Origin: an uncultured Gemmatimonadales bacterium
GTDB taxonomy: Bacteria > Gemmatimonadota > Gemmatimonadetes > Longimicrobiales > RSA9
Assembly: GCA_963783305.1 (NCBI GenBank)
Contig: CAWAMW010000011.1
Span: 32,001 to 96,000 of the forward strand
Direction of reading: 5' to 3'
Length of the DNA: 64,000 nt
Within the stretch, counting starts at the first letter, position 1. Each line of letters starts with the position of its first letter. The position numbers were made by a program, and so were the translations under genes. Shown here piece by piece: positions 9,083 through 18,100 of this stretch. The notes beneath the pieces are model-generated. The model had not been told where the DNA came from. It did not search any database and saw only the letters and a program-made list of their open reading frames with translations.

Positions 9083-9375
9083 CTGCGAGCCGCAGGCGAG
9101 CCCCCCTGCGAGCCGCAGGCGAGCCCCCCTGCGAGCGTCAGCGAGCCACGCTGCGAGCGTCAGCGAGCCACACTGCGAGCGCCAGCGAGCCACACTGCGA
9201 GCGCAGCGAGCCATACTGCGCCCGCAGGGCGCCACACTGCGAGGCCGCAGGCCGCGCCACACTGCGAGGCCGCAGGCCGCGCCACACTGCGAGCGCCAGC
9301 GAGCCATACTGCGAGCGCAGCGAGCCACACTGCGAGGCCGCAGGCCGCGCCACACTGCGAGCCGCAGGCGAGCCA
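9083..9375 (+). repeat. REP-like mini-hairpin array, 13 units of 21-25 bp, forward orientation
   Basis: Units CTGCGA-[GC/GCC/GGCC]-GCA/GTCA/GCCA-[complement]-GAGCCACA repeated 13 times. Confidence 0.92.
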
Positions 9376-9399
9376 AGGCCTCCCCCAGGAGGCCGCCTG

Positions 9400-9810
9400 A
9401 TGCGCCAAACTCTCCCGATCACCGCCGAGATCAACGTGACGAGTCTCGTGGACGTCGCGTTCACTCTGCTGGTCATCTTCATCATCACGGCGCCCATCCT
9501 CCAGGGAGGGGTGGAGGTGGAGCTGCCGCGGGCGGACGCGGGGCCCATCACGCAGTCGGAGGGGGTGGTCGTCACGATCGGCGAGGATGGCTCGCTGTAC
9601 CTCGATGACGCTCCCATGGCGTCGCGCGAGGAGTTTCTGCAGTTCTTCCCACGCTACATGGAGGACCACCCGGGCGCGGCGGTGTTCGTTCGGGGCGACC
9701 GGCGGGTGGCGTACGGTGAGGTGATGGAGCTGTTCAGCCTCATGCGCGGGGTCGATGTCGCCGAGGTGAACCTGGTGCTGGAGAACCCGCCGGACCGTGA
9801 GCGTCCATGA
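9400..9810 (+). CDS. tolR: Biopolymer transporter ExbD/TolR (TolR)
   Basis: AEINVTSLVDVAFTLLVIFIITAP and VRGDRRVAYG motifs; AGGAGG RBS. Confidence 0.92.
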   Translation: MRQTLPITAEINVTSLVDVAFTLLVIFIITAPILQGGVEVELPRADAGPITQSEGVVVTIGEDGSLYLDDAPMASREEFLQFFPRYMEDHPGAAVFVRGDRRVAYGEVMELFSLMRGVDVAEVNLVLENPPDRERP

Positions 9811-10511
9811 GGGGGAGGGGGAGGGGACCGGGGACCCGGGCATTCCTGCTGTCGGCGGCCGCGCACGCGGCGCTTCTGGTGCCGCTCGTCCTCTTCGCGC
9901 GCGCGCCGGAGCCCATGGAGTTCGAGACCGTCCGGATCAACCTGGTCTCACCGCCGCCCGCCGCGGTCGCCCAGGCGCAGACGGAGGCCGAGCCCACGCC
10001 CCCGCCCACGCCGGAGCCGGAGCCCGTCCGCGAGGAGCCGGAGCGGGAGGTGAAGCCAAAGGAGGAGCCGCCCAAAGAGCCGCCAAAGCGCGAGAACATC
10101 GAGCGACCGGAGACCGAGAAGCGGCCGGAGACCCCCGCGCAGACGCAGCCCCAGCCCACTCCCACGGAGGAGGCGCCCGAGGCCGCCACCGGCGGGGACG
10201 ACCTGAACATCGCCACCGAGGGGCGCGAGTTTCCGTTTCCGGACTACCTCGCCAACGTCATCATCCAGGTGAAGCGCTACTTCCGCTGGAGCGACGACTC
10301 GCACCCCAAGGGCGTCATCTACTTCGAGATCACCCAGGATGGCGGCGTGCGGAACCTGCGGATGGCCCGGTCTTCGGGGAACATCCGGTTCGACTTCGCC
10401 GTACAGGGAGCCGTGGAGACGGCGGGGAACCGTGGCGCCTTCGGTCCGCTCCCCCAGGGTTACGCCGGCCCGTTCCTTCCGGTGCAGCTCGAGGTCGAGC
10501 CCCCGCGCTGA
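9807..10511 (+). CDS. tolA: TolA/TonB-family energy transducer
   Basis: N-terminal anchor with SxxxH (SAAAH), Pro/Glu-rich linker, C-terminal TonB_C-like domain (SSGNIRFD); lies between tolR and tolB. Confidence 0.8.
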   Translation: MRGRGRGPGTRAFLLSAAAHAALLVPLVLFARAPEPMEFETVRINLVSPPPAAVAQAQTEAEPTPPPTPEPEPVREEPEREVKPKEEPPKEPPKRENIERPETEKRPETPAQTQPQPTPTEEAPEAATGGDDLNIATEGREFPFPDYLANVIIQVKRYFRWSDDSHPKGVIYFEITQDGGVRNLRMARSSGNIRFDFAVQGAVETAGNRGAFGPLPQGYAGPFLPVQLEVEPPR

Positions 10512-10565
10512 GCGGCGGCACGTGTTGACTGGTTCAAGAACCCTGAACGGAAGGCCGGAGTCGGA

Positions 10566-12155
10566 GTGAGAGTCTTAGTCCCTAGCAGGCTGCTGAAGAA
10601 GTGGAGGGAAGGCGGGTCGAGGGTCGATCCCTTCGGGACCCGCTGGCGCGGGGGTCGATCCTCGGGGTCGCTTCGCTTCCCGAGGACCCCGCTGGCGCGG
10701 GGGGTCGATTGCCCGCGCTCCGCGCGAGGCGACCGCGCTGCGCGAGGCGTCGACGGGACGGGGCACGCGCGTGTGCTTTCCCCCAGCGACCGTTCGCTCC
10801 CCGCCCACCGCCCCTTTCAGCGACCTGCTGGCCGTGTCCTGCTGTCGGCCCTGATCCTCGCCCTGGCCGCGGTTTCACCCGTGGCCGCGCAGGAGGACCT
10901 CCCCAAGGGGGTCCAGCTCAAGCTCGTCTACGAGACCCAGTATCGGGATCGGCTGGCCGTCCAGCCGTTCACCGGGCCCGGCGTGGGCTTCGCCGTGGAG
11001 GAGACCCACCGCATGGTCCAGCGGGACCTCGACTACTCCGACCGCTTCGAGATGCAGTTCGACATCCCGCAGGCGATGCGGCAGGGGACCATCGACTACG
11101 GCGCATGGAACTCCCTCGGCGTGGTGTACCTGGTCACCGGGTCCCTGGAGCCCACCCAGGACGGGTTCGGGCTCCGGATCGCTCTGCACGACGTCGTGTA
11201 CGGCTCGGTCAAGGAGATCCGCCAGTTCCAGCTCCCACCCCGCGGCGACCCGGGCTTCCGCATGGCCGTCCACGCCGCGTCCGACGAGGTGGTGCGCTGG
11301 GCCACCGGCGAACGAGGGGCGGCCGCCACGCGCGTCGCCCTCACTCGCCTCCGCTCCGACGGCACCCACGAGCTGCTGCTGGTCGACTCCGATGGCGAGA
11401 ACGTCACCCGCATCCATGAGGGCGAGTCCATCTACTCGCCCACCTGGGGGCCCTCCGGCGACCGCCTCGCCTACGCCGAGACCGACTACGTCGAGAGCGA
11501 CCGCCTCATCGAGCGCGACCTCCGCACCGGCCGCACCCGCATCCTCAGCGAGCGAGGCCTGCCCGCCCAGACACCCGCATACTCGCCCGACGGCGGCCGG
11601 CTCGCCATGGCCCTCTGGATCGACCGCGGCATGGAGATCCACGACTACGATGTGAACCGCAACTGCTGCATGCGCCGACTGACCCGCCGCGCCCGCATCG
11701 ATATGCACCCGTCCTACTCCCCGGACGGCCGACGCATCGTCTTCCAGTCCGATCGCCTCGGCGCCCCCCATATCTTCACCATGCCCGCGGACGGCGGCGA
11801 CGCCGTCCTCATCACCCCCTTCGAGAGCGGCGGACCCGGCTACTTCACATCCCCGGACTGGAGCCCCCGGTCCTCCCAGATCGTCTTCCACGGCCGCTCC
11901 CGCGGTGGCGTGTTCCAGATCATGGTCGCCAACGCCGACCGCCCCGGGGGCGCCGTCCAGCAGATCACCTCCGAAGGCAGGAGCGAGGACCCCAGCTGGG
12001 CACCCGATGGGCGCCACATCGTCTTCAGCGGGGTGCGCGACGATGGCATGGGCTTGTATGTTATCGACTTGATCACGGGCCGGATCCGCCCGCTGGTGAC
12101 CGGAGGACGCTACCGCATGCCCGACTGGTCGCCGGCCCTCGCGGGGGGGCGATGA
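10566..12155 (+). CDS. tolB: Tol-Pal beta-propeller protein TolB, with an in-frame MITE-like insertion in its signal peptide
   Basis: TolB_N (RDLDYSDRF) plus PD40 repeats (PAYSPDG, PSYSPDG, PDWSP, PSWAPDG); GGAG upstream of GTG 10566; true start uncertain. Confidence 0.92.
   Translation: MRVLVPSRLLKKWREGGSRVDPFGTRWRGGRSSGSLRFPRTPLARGVDCPRSARGDRAARGVDGTGHARVLSPSDRSLPAHRPFQRPAGRVLLSALILALAAVSPVAAQEDLPKGVQLKLVYETQYRDRLAVQPFTGPGVGFAVEETHRMVQRDLDYSDRFEMQFDIPQAMRQGTIDYGAWNSLGVVYLVTGSLEPTQDGFGLRIALHDVVYGSVKEIRQFQLPPRGDPGFRMAVHAASDEVVRWATGERGAAATRVALTRLRSDGTHELLLVDSDGENVTRIHEGESIYSPTWGPSGDRLAYAETDYVESDRLIERDLRTGRTRILSERGLPAQTPAYSPDGGRLAMALWIDRGMEIHDYDVNRNCCMRRLTRRARIDMHPSYSPDGRRIVFQSDRLGAPHIFTMPADGGDAVLITPFESGGPGYFTSPDWSPRSSQIVFHGRSRGGVFQIMVANADRPGGAVQQITSEGRSEDPSWAPDGRHIVFSGVRDDGMGLYVIDLITGRIRPLVTGGRYRMPDWSPALAGGR
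10586..10827. mobile_element. MITE-like non-autonomous element, 242 bp, imperfect terminal inverted repeats and 4-bp target duplication
   Basis: Left end CAGGCTGCTGAA, right end TTCAGCGACCTG (10/12 complementary). Flanked by CTAG (10582-85) and CTGG (10828-31). Internal direct repeat gaccc(c)gctggcgcggggg(g)tcgat twice. No transposase. Confidence 0.75.
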
Positions 12156-12214
12156 AACACCGCTTGAGCGGCAGGATGTACAAAAAAACCTTCACTTTTT
12201 GGGAGAGCGACTCG

Positions 12215-12823
12215 ATGACGCAGCGTTTCATCATCACCGTGGCCCTGGCCGCGTTCGCGCTGGGGGGCACGGCGGCGTGTGGGAAGAAGCCGCCGGAGGG
12301 ACCGACGCCGGAGGAGATGCGGCAGGACAGCATCCGGCAGGCCGAGGCCGCGCGGCAGGACAGCATCCGCGCTGCGGAGCGGGCGCGTCAGGACAGCCTC
12401 GCCGCGGAGCGGGAGCGGGAGGAGGCGATGGCGCGCGAGACGGCATCGGCGCGGGACATTCTCGAGGCGATGATCCATTTCGGGTACGACCAGTCCGGTC
12501 TGACTGGGGAAGCGGAGCAGCAGCTGATGCGGAAGGTGGCGGTGCTGCGAGCGAACCCGGACGTGCAGCTCCGGATCGCGGGTCACGCGGATGAGCGGGG
12601 CTCCATTGAGTACAACCGTGCGCTGGCGCAGCGTCGTGCGGAGGCGGCAAAGGACTACATGACGAACTACGGGATCGCCGCGTCGCGGCTGAATACGGTC
12701 AGCTTCGGCGAGGACCGTCCACTGGTGAACGCGAGCAACGAGCAGGCGTGGGCGGAGAACCGACGCGACGAGTTCTCCATCGTTTCCGGTGGGGATCAGA
12801 TGCGCGTACCGGGCGGCTCATGA
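12215..12823 (+). CDS. pal: Peptidoglycan-associated lipoprotein Pal (OmpA family)
   Basis: Lipobox TAAC, GHADERGSIEYNRALAQRRA, SFGEDRP and AENRR motifs; GGGAG RBS before ATG 12215. Confidence 0.95.
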   Translation: MTQRFIITVALAAFALGGTAACGKKPPEGPTPEEMRQDSIRQAEAARQDSIRAAERARQDSLAAEREREEAMARETASARDILEAMIHFGYDQSGLTGEAEQQLMRKVAVLRANPDVQLRIAGHADERGSIEYNRALAQRRAEAAKDYMTNYGIAASRLNTVSFGEDRPLVNASNEQAWAENRRDEFSIVSGGDQMRVPGGS

Positions 12824-13692
12824 AGAGAGGCTGGAAGGCGGGGGCGGTAGCCGGAGGTGGCGGGGTGACCCGCGGCCTCCGGCTCGCCCGCCGGTCGCTG
12901 CTGACGCTGGTGGTGGCGTTCGCCGCCGCCGGGTCCACCGCGTGCGCCACGAAGGCCGACATCCGCAACGTTCGCCAGGACTTCGGGCGGATGGATGCGC
13001 GGCAGGACTCCATCTACGGTCTGCTGCAGACGCAGAACCGGCAGATCCTCGACACGCTGACGCTCACGACGGAGCGTCTGCTGGACGTGCGGGGTGAGTT
13101 GGCGAACCAGCTTTCGCGGCTCCAGGACCAGCTGGTGCAGGTGAGCGAGCTCACGGGGCAGGTGCAGGTCCGGCTGAACCAGCTCGACCAGGAGCTCGCC
13201 CGCGCGCTCCGCGAGGGCGGGTCGGCGACGCAGGGCGGGTCGGCGGCGCAGGGCGACGCGTCCGCTCCAGCCACACAGGCGCCTCCCGGCGGCCGGGTGA
13301 CTGCCGGCGGCGACAGCGGAATGGCCGAGGATATCTACGCCGCCGGGCTGGAGCAGGTGAATCGGGGCAACGCGGCCACGGCGCGACGCGCGTTTCAGAT
13401 GGTGGTGGACAGCTTCCCCGACCAGCCGATGGCGCCTGAGGCGCAGCGCCAGATCGGCGAGACGTACGCAATGGATGGCCTGCACGACGAGGCGCTCCGT
13501 GCGTTCGAGCGCGTCGTCGAGCGTTATCAGGACTCCGACGCGGCGCCGCGGGCACTCTATCGGGCCGGTGTCATCGCACAGGAGCGCGGACAGACGGAGC
13601 GGGCACGGGAGTATTTCCGGCGAGTCATCTCCGGCTATCCCGGCTCCGACGCGCGGACCCTGGCCGAGTCGGCGCTGGAGCGGATGCGGTAG
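12820..13692 (+). CDS. cpoB: Tol-Pal system TPR protein CpoB/YbgF
   Basis: Lipoprotein-type signal (STAC), coiled coil, C-terminal TPRs (YPGSDA); ATGA overlap with pal; a later GTG start is possible. Confidence 0.85.
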   Translation: MKRGWKAGAVAGGGGVTRGLRLARRSLLTLVVAFAAAGSTACATKADIRNVRQDFGRMDARQDSIYGLLQTQNRQILDTLTLTTERLLDVRGELANQLSRLQDQLVQVSELTGQVQVRLNQLDQELARALREGGSATQGGSAAQGDASAPATQAPPGGRVTAGGDSGMAEDIYAAGLEQVNRGNAATARRAFQMVVDSFPDQPMAPEAQRQIGETYAMDGLHDEALRAFERVVERYQDSDAAPRALYRAGVIAQERGQTERAREYFRRVISGYPGSDARTLAESALERMR

Positions 13693-13804
13693 CACGGGTT
13701 CTCTGAAACAGGCGGGGGCGATGGGATCCCGGGAGGCGCCCGGATCGAGGCGCCCGGCGGAGCGCGCTCCTGCCGGGCGTCGGTGTTGGAGCGGATGGTG
13801 AAGC

Positions 13805-14296
13805 ATGCGTTGTCCTTACTGTCATGACACGGAAGACCGGGTGGTGGACTCCCGCACGAGTCGGGAGGGACGCGCCATCCGGCGTCGGCGCGAGTGCGTC
13901 GGCTGCGGTCGCCGTTTCACGACGTACGAGGTTGTGGAGGAGCGGCCGGTGCAGGTGATCAAGAGCGACGCGACGGTCGAGACCTTCGACCGCGAAAAGC
14001 TGCTGCGGTCGATCCGTCTGCCGTGCGTGAAGCGCCCCGTGACGGAGGCGGAGATCGAAGCGATGGTCGACGCCATCGAGGACGAGCTGAGCAGCCGTGA
14101 CCAGATCCCGAGCCGGGAGCTGGGCGAGCTGGTGATGGACCAGCTCCGGGAGAAGGACTACGTCGCGTACGTCCGCTTCGCCTCCGTGTACCGGAACTTC
14201 CAGGACATTGAGGAGTTCGTGGAGGAGCTGGAGGACCTGAACGAGGCGCGCACACGGCTGGAGCTGCGGAAGAACCAGGAGGAGCTACCCCTCTGA
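13805..14296 (+). CDS. nrdR: Transcriptional repressor NrdR
   Basis: MRCPYC...VVDSR...IRRRRECxxCGRRFTTYE zinc ribbon; ATP cone; VAYVRFASVY. Confidence 0.98.
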   Translation: MRCPYCHDTEDRVVDSRTSREGRAIRRRRECVGCGRRFTTYEVVEERPVQVIKSDATVETFDREKLLRSIRLPCVKRPVTEAEIEAMVDAIEDELSSRDQIPSRELGELVMDQLREKDYVAYVRFASVYRNFQDIEEFVEELEDLNEARTRLELRKNQEELPL

Positions 14297-14343
14297 AGGA
14301 CCGGATCACGACCTTCCGGAAGCGCCCGTCGGGCGCGGAAGAG

Positions 14344-15108
14344 ATGCCCTTCCTCGACCATCTCGAGGAGCTGAGGTGGCGCATCATCTGGAGCCTGCTT
14401 GCCGTCGTGGTGGGCGCCATCATCGGGTGGTTCCTCGTCACACGCTTCGACGTGCTGGGGCTGCTCATCGACCCCATGCGGCCGTTGCTCGAGGACGGAC
14501 GGCTCGCGTACCTCAGCCCGGCGGACCCGTTCCTCGTCACGTTGAAGCTCACCCTCACGACCGGCGTGCTGCTGGCTTCGCCGGTGGTGATCTACCAGTT
14601 CTGGATCTTCCTCTCCCCGGCGCTCATGCCGGAGGAGAAGCGGGCGATCGTGCCGGCGCTCTATTTCGGGCTCCTCCTCTTTATCGCCGGTATGGCGCTC
14701 GCGTACTTCGTCGCGCTGCCGGTCATGTTCCAGTTCTTCGCGCAGTTCCAGCAGGAGAGCCTGGAACAGAACATCACGATTGGCCCCTATATGGCGGTGG
14801 TGACGCGAACGCTGCTGGGGTTCGGTCTCGTGTTCGAGCTGCCGGTCGTCATGCTGATCCTGGCAGCCATGGGCGTGCTGGACACCGCCACCATGCGAAA
14901 GGGCCGACGCTACGCGATCGTCATCATCACGGTTGTGGCGAGCTTCATCACGCCGGGCGATGTGGTGATCCTGACGGTCTTCCTGATGGTCCCACTGCTG
15001 CTCCTGTACGAGCTGGGGATCATCCTGGCCAGGGTCGTGGAGCGCCGTCGCGAGAGGCGGCTGGAGTCGGACGCGGAGGAGAGCGCGGACAAGTGGACCG
15101 GAGTGTAG
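14344..15108 (+). CDS. tatC: Twin-arginine translocase subunit TatC
   Basis: MPFLDHLEELRWR, FLSPAL..EEKR, GLVFELP and ITPGD motifs; the frame is also open back to CTG 14293. Confidence 0.97.
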   Translation: MPFLDHLEELRWRIIWSLLAVVVGAIIGWFLVTRFDVLGLLIDPMRPLLEDGRLAYLSPADPFLVTLKLTLTTGVLLASPVVIYQFWIFLSPALMPEEKRAIVPALYFGLLLFIAGMALAYFVALPVMFQFFAQFQQESLEQNITIGPYMAVVTRTLLGFGLVFELPVVMLILAAMGVLDTATMRKGRRYAIVIITVVASFITPGDVVILTVFLMVPLLLLYELGIILARVVERRRERRLESDAEESADKWTGV

Positions 15109-18100
15109 CGAGCGGTAGCGAGACTGGATCCGGGCGTTGTGCCCGCCCCGGGGCAGGGGGGTCGCGCGCGTGGCTTCCCGTCATCCTCGGGCTGGGGCTC
15201 GCTCTGGCTCCCACCGCCGTCTTCGCGCAGCAGCCCGGGCTGGCCGGCGATACCACCGTGGTCGGCGATACCGTCCCGTCCGACACCACGCTGACCACCC
15301 GCGAGCGGGCCCTGGCGCGACTCAGGGCCATGCGCGTGGACCCCGTCCAGCCGGACACCACCGTTCCCGACAGCGCAGCCGAGGCGATGGACGACGAGGC
15401 CATGGCCGCCGAGTCCGCCGACACCGGTGCCGCCGAGATCGTCGTCCAGTCGGACACCGCCCCCGGCGTGGCGGAGCCCCGGTCGACCCCCGACGATCCC
15501 CTGCGCCGACCCCTCCCCGCCCGTGACCTGCTGCTGGAGCCGGACGACTCCCTGGGCGTGTTCACCGACGACACCCCGAGCGTGGACCGGGTGATGGTGG
15601 AGGACTCGCTGCGGACACTGCTCAGGTCGCTCGCCGGCTACCAGGTGACGGAGTACGCGGGGGAGGCGGCCGTGTACAGCACCGAGACGCGTCAGCTGGA
15701 GATCCGCGGCAGCCCCAGCGTGGGGCGTGGCGGGGAGGGGCTCGCGGCCGACTCGCTCCTGGTGTACGAGGGGGATTCCGGCATCGTCTGCGGGTACGGC
15801 TCGCCGGTGCTGAGCGGAGGGAACCAGGCCCCCGTGGAGAGCGATGAGCTCTGCTTCAACATCGAGCGCAACATCGGCGTGGCCGTGGGCGCTCGCACGA
15901 AGTTCCAGCAGGGCGCCACGTGGTACGTCCGCGGCGCCGACAACAGGGTATACCTGCTCACGGGCGGTGAGAAGAACTCGCTCTATGGCGAGCGCGCGCA
16001 ATTCACGTCCTGCGACCTCGAACACCCCCACTACACCTTCAAGGCCCGGTCGCTGAAGATGGTGGAGGGGGACATGATGGTGGCTCGCAACATCACGCTG
16101 GAGTTCGAGGACGTCCCCGTCTTCTGGCTCCCGTGGATGGTGCAGAGCATGAAGCGCGACCGCCGCAGCGGGCTGCTGATGCCGGAGTTCGGCGTCAACG
16201 AGATCGTCCGGAACAACTCCGGCTACAACCGGTCGCTGTCGAACCTCGGCTTCTACTGGGCGATCAACGACTACGCCAGCGCGAAGGGCACATTCGAGTG
16301 GTACAGCAACAACTGGACAGCGGTGGAGGGCGCCCTCACCTACCGCTGGCTCCGGCAGTTCCTCCAGGGCAATCTGACCGCCAAGCAGTACTGGCGGCAG
16401 CAGGAGGGGCTCGCCGGCGGCGGCAGCAGGGAGCTCACCATCAACACGTCGAACAGCTGGCAGCCGGACGAGCGGACGCGCATGCAGCTGAACGCGAACT
16501 ATGCCACCAGCACCCAGTTCGTGCAGGACAACTCGTTCAACCCGCGTGAGCTGAACCGGAAGATCACGTCCACGGCCAGCGTGAACCGCTCCTTCGACTG
16601 GGGCTCCATGTCGCTGGGCGCCGACCGAAGCGAGCAGATCAGCACCGGGCAGGTCGATTGGAAGCTCCCGGGCCTCGCCCTCAATATCTCACCCGTCACA
16701 CTCTGGCGGCCGTCGGAGGGGCTCGGGCTCACCTGGAACGGCTCCGGGAACGTCACCAACCGCACCCGAAATGTCCCCGACACCCTCGGCACCCGGGACA
16801 CGCGCACGCTCGACGCCACGTACTCCCAGGGGCTGTCGTTCGGCAAGCTGGGTTTGAGCCAGAGCGTCACCTGGCACGACGAGGCGGTACAGGGGCCGTC
16901 CGCCGCGCCCGATATCCCGGGCTTCTCCGGCGGACTCGATGGGATCGGGATCGGCGTGGTGGACCGGGTGGGGTCGGCCGGGTTCCGCCTCGACGAGGAC
17001 CGAGACCAGCGCCTGGGGTGGTCCACCTCGCTCTCCTACCAGCAGGTGCTCTGGTCGGGGACGGTCGTGAGCCCCAGCGTGTCCATCAACGGCAACCAGA
17101 TCCGGGACGACCGCACGCTCGGCGACTTCGTGGCCGAGCCCAACCGGATCTCCGCTGGCGCCACGCTCAATACGTCCGTCTATGGCTTCTGGCCGGGCTT
17201 CGGAAACTTCAGCCGAATCCGGCACAAGATCGCCCCCACCCTGCGCTGGTCCTACTCCCCGGCCCCGACTTATTCGGCGCTCCAGGAGGACATCTTCGGG
17301 GTGCGCAACCTGCGGGAGCAGAACCGACTCTCGCTGTCGTTCAACCAGACGTTCGAGGCCAAGGTACGGGAGGAGGCGACCCCGGACACGAACGCAGTGG
17401 CGGACACAGCCTCGGCGGGCGCGGGGGGGGAGCCCTCGGCCGGTGAGCCGCGCCGGCTGCCCCAGGCCGAGAAGGTTCTGCTCCTGGCCCTCGATACCCG
17501 GACCTCCTTCGTCTACGATTTCGTAGCCGCCAGTGAGGAGGGTCGCGGCTTCCTGACCGAGGATATCCAGAACTCCATCCGGTCCGACCTGCTTCGGGGG
17601 TTCCAGCTGTCCATGGGCCACAGTCTGTTCGCCAAGGAGCCTGCCACCGAGGGGCAGCTTCAGCCGCGACGATTCGACCCGTACCTCACGGACCTCTCCG
17701 CTTCGTTCTCCATCGACAACGATTTCTGGCTCTTCGATTTCCTCGGACTGACGTCCTCCTCGGATGGCCCGGCCGGCCCGGGCGCGGACGCCGCTACCGT
17801 CGACCCGGAGGCCGAGGGCGTGGCCAATTCGGAGGACCCGGAGGTGGGCGCCGAGTCGGACCCCGACCAGACTTCGGGACCGGGATCGATCATCCCGAAC
17901 CGGGGCCCGCAGGACGAGATGAGGAGCGGTGTCGGCGGATGGCGCGCGGCGCTGAACTACTCGTTCCGTCGCAGCCGACCCACTGCGACCCGGACGGAAA
18001 CGGGCGAGAACCAGCTGCTCTCGGGGAACGTCTCATTCCAGCCCACGGAGCTCTGGAGCCTCCGCTGGAGCACCGCCTATTCGATCACCGACAGCGAGTT

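Noticed and set aside
8809..9375. CRISPR array interpretation of the tol-pal repeats
   Set aside because: Units are contiguous 21-25 bp hairpins in two opposite orientations with no spacers.
14376..15092. Apparent N-terminal extension of the LptD ORF overlapping tatC
   Set aside because: It is an alternative frame of tatC with Arg/Gly/Ala-rich noise; a start with RBS and signal peptide exists at 15093.
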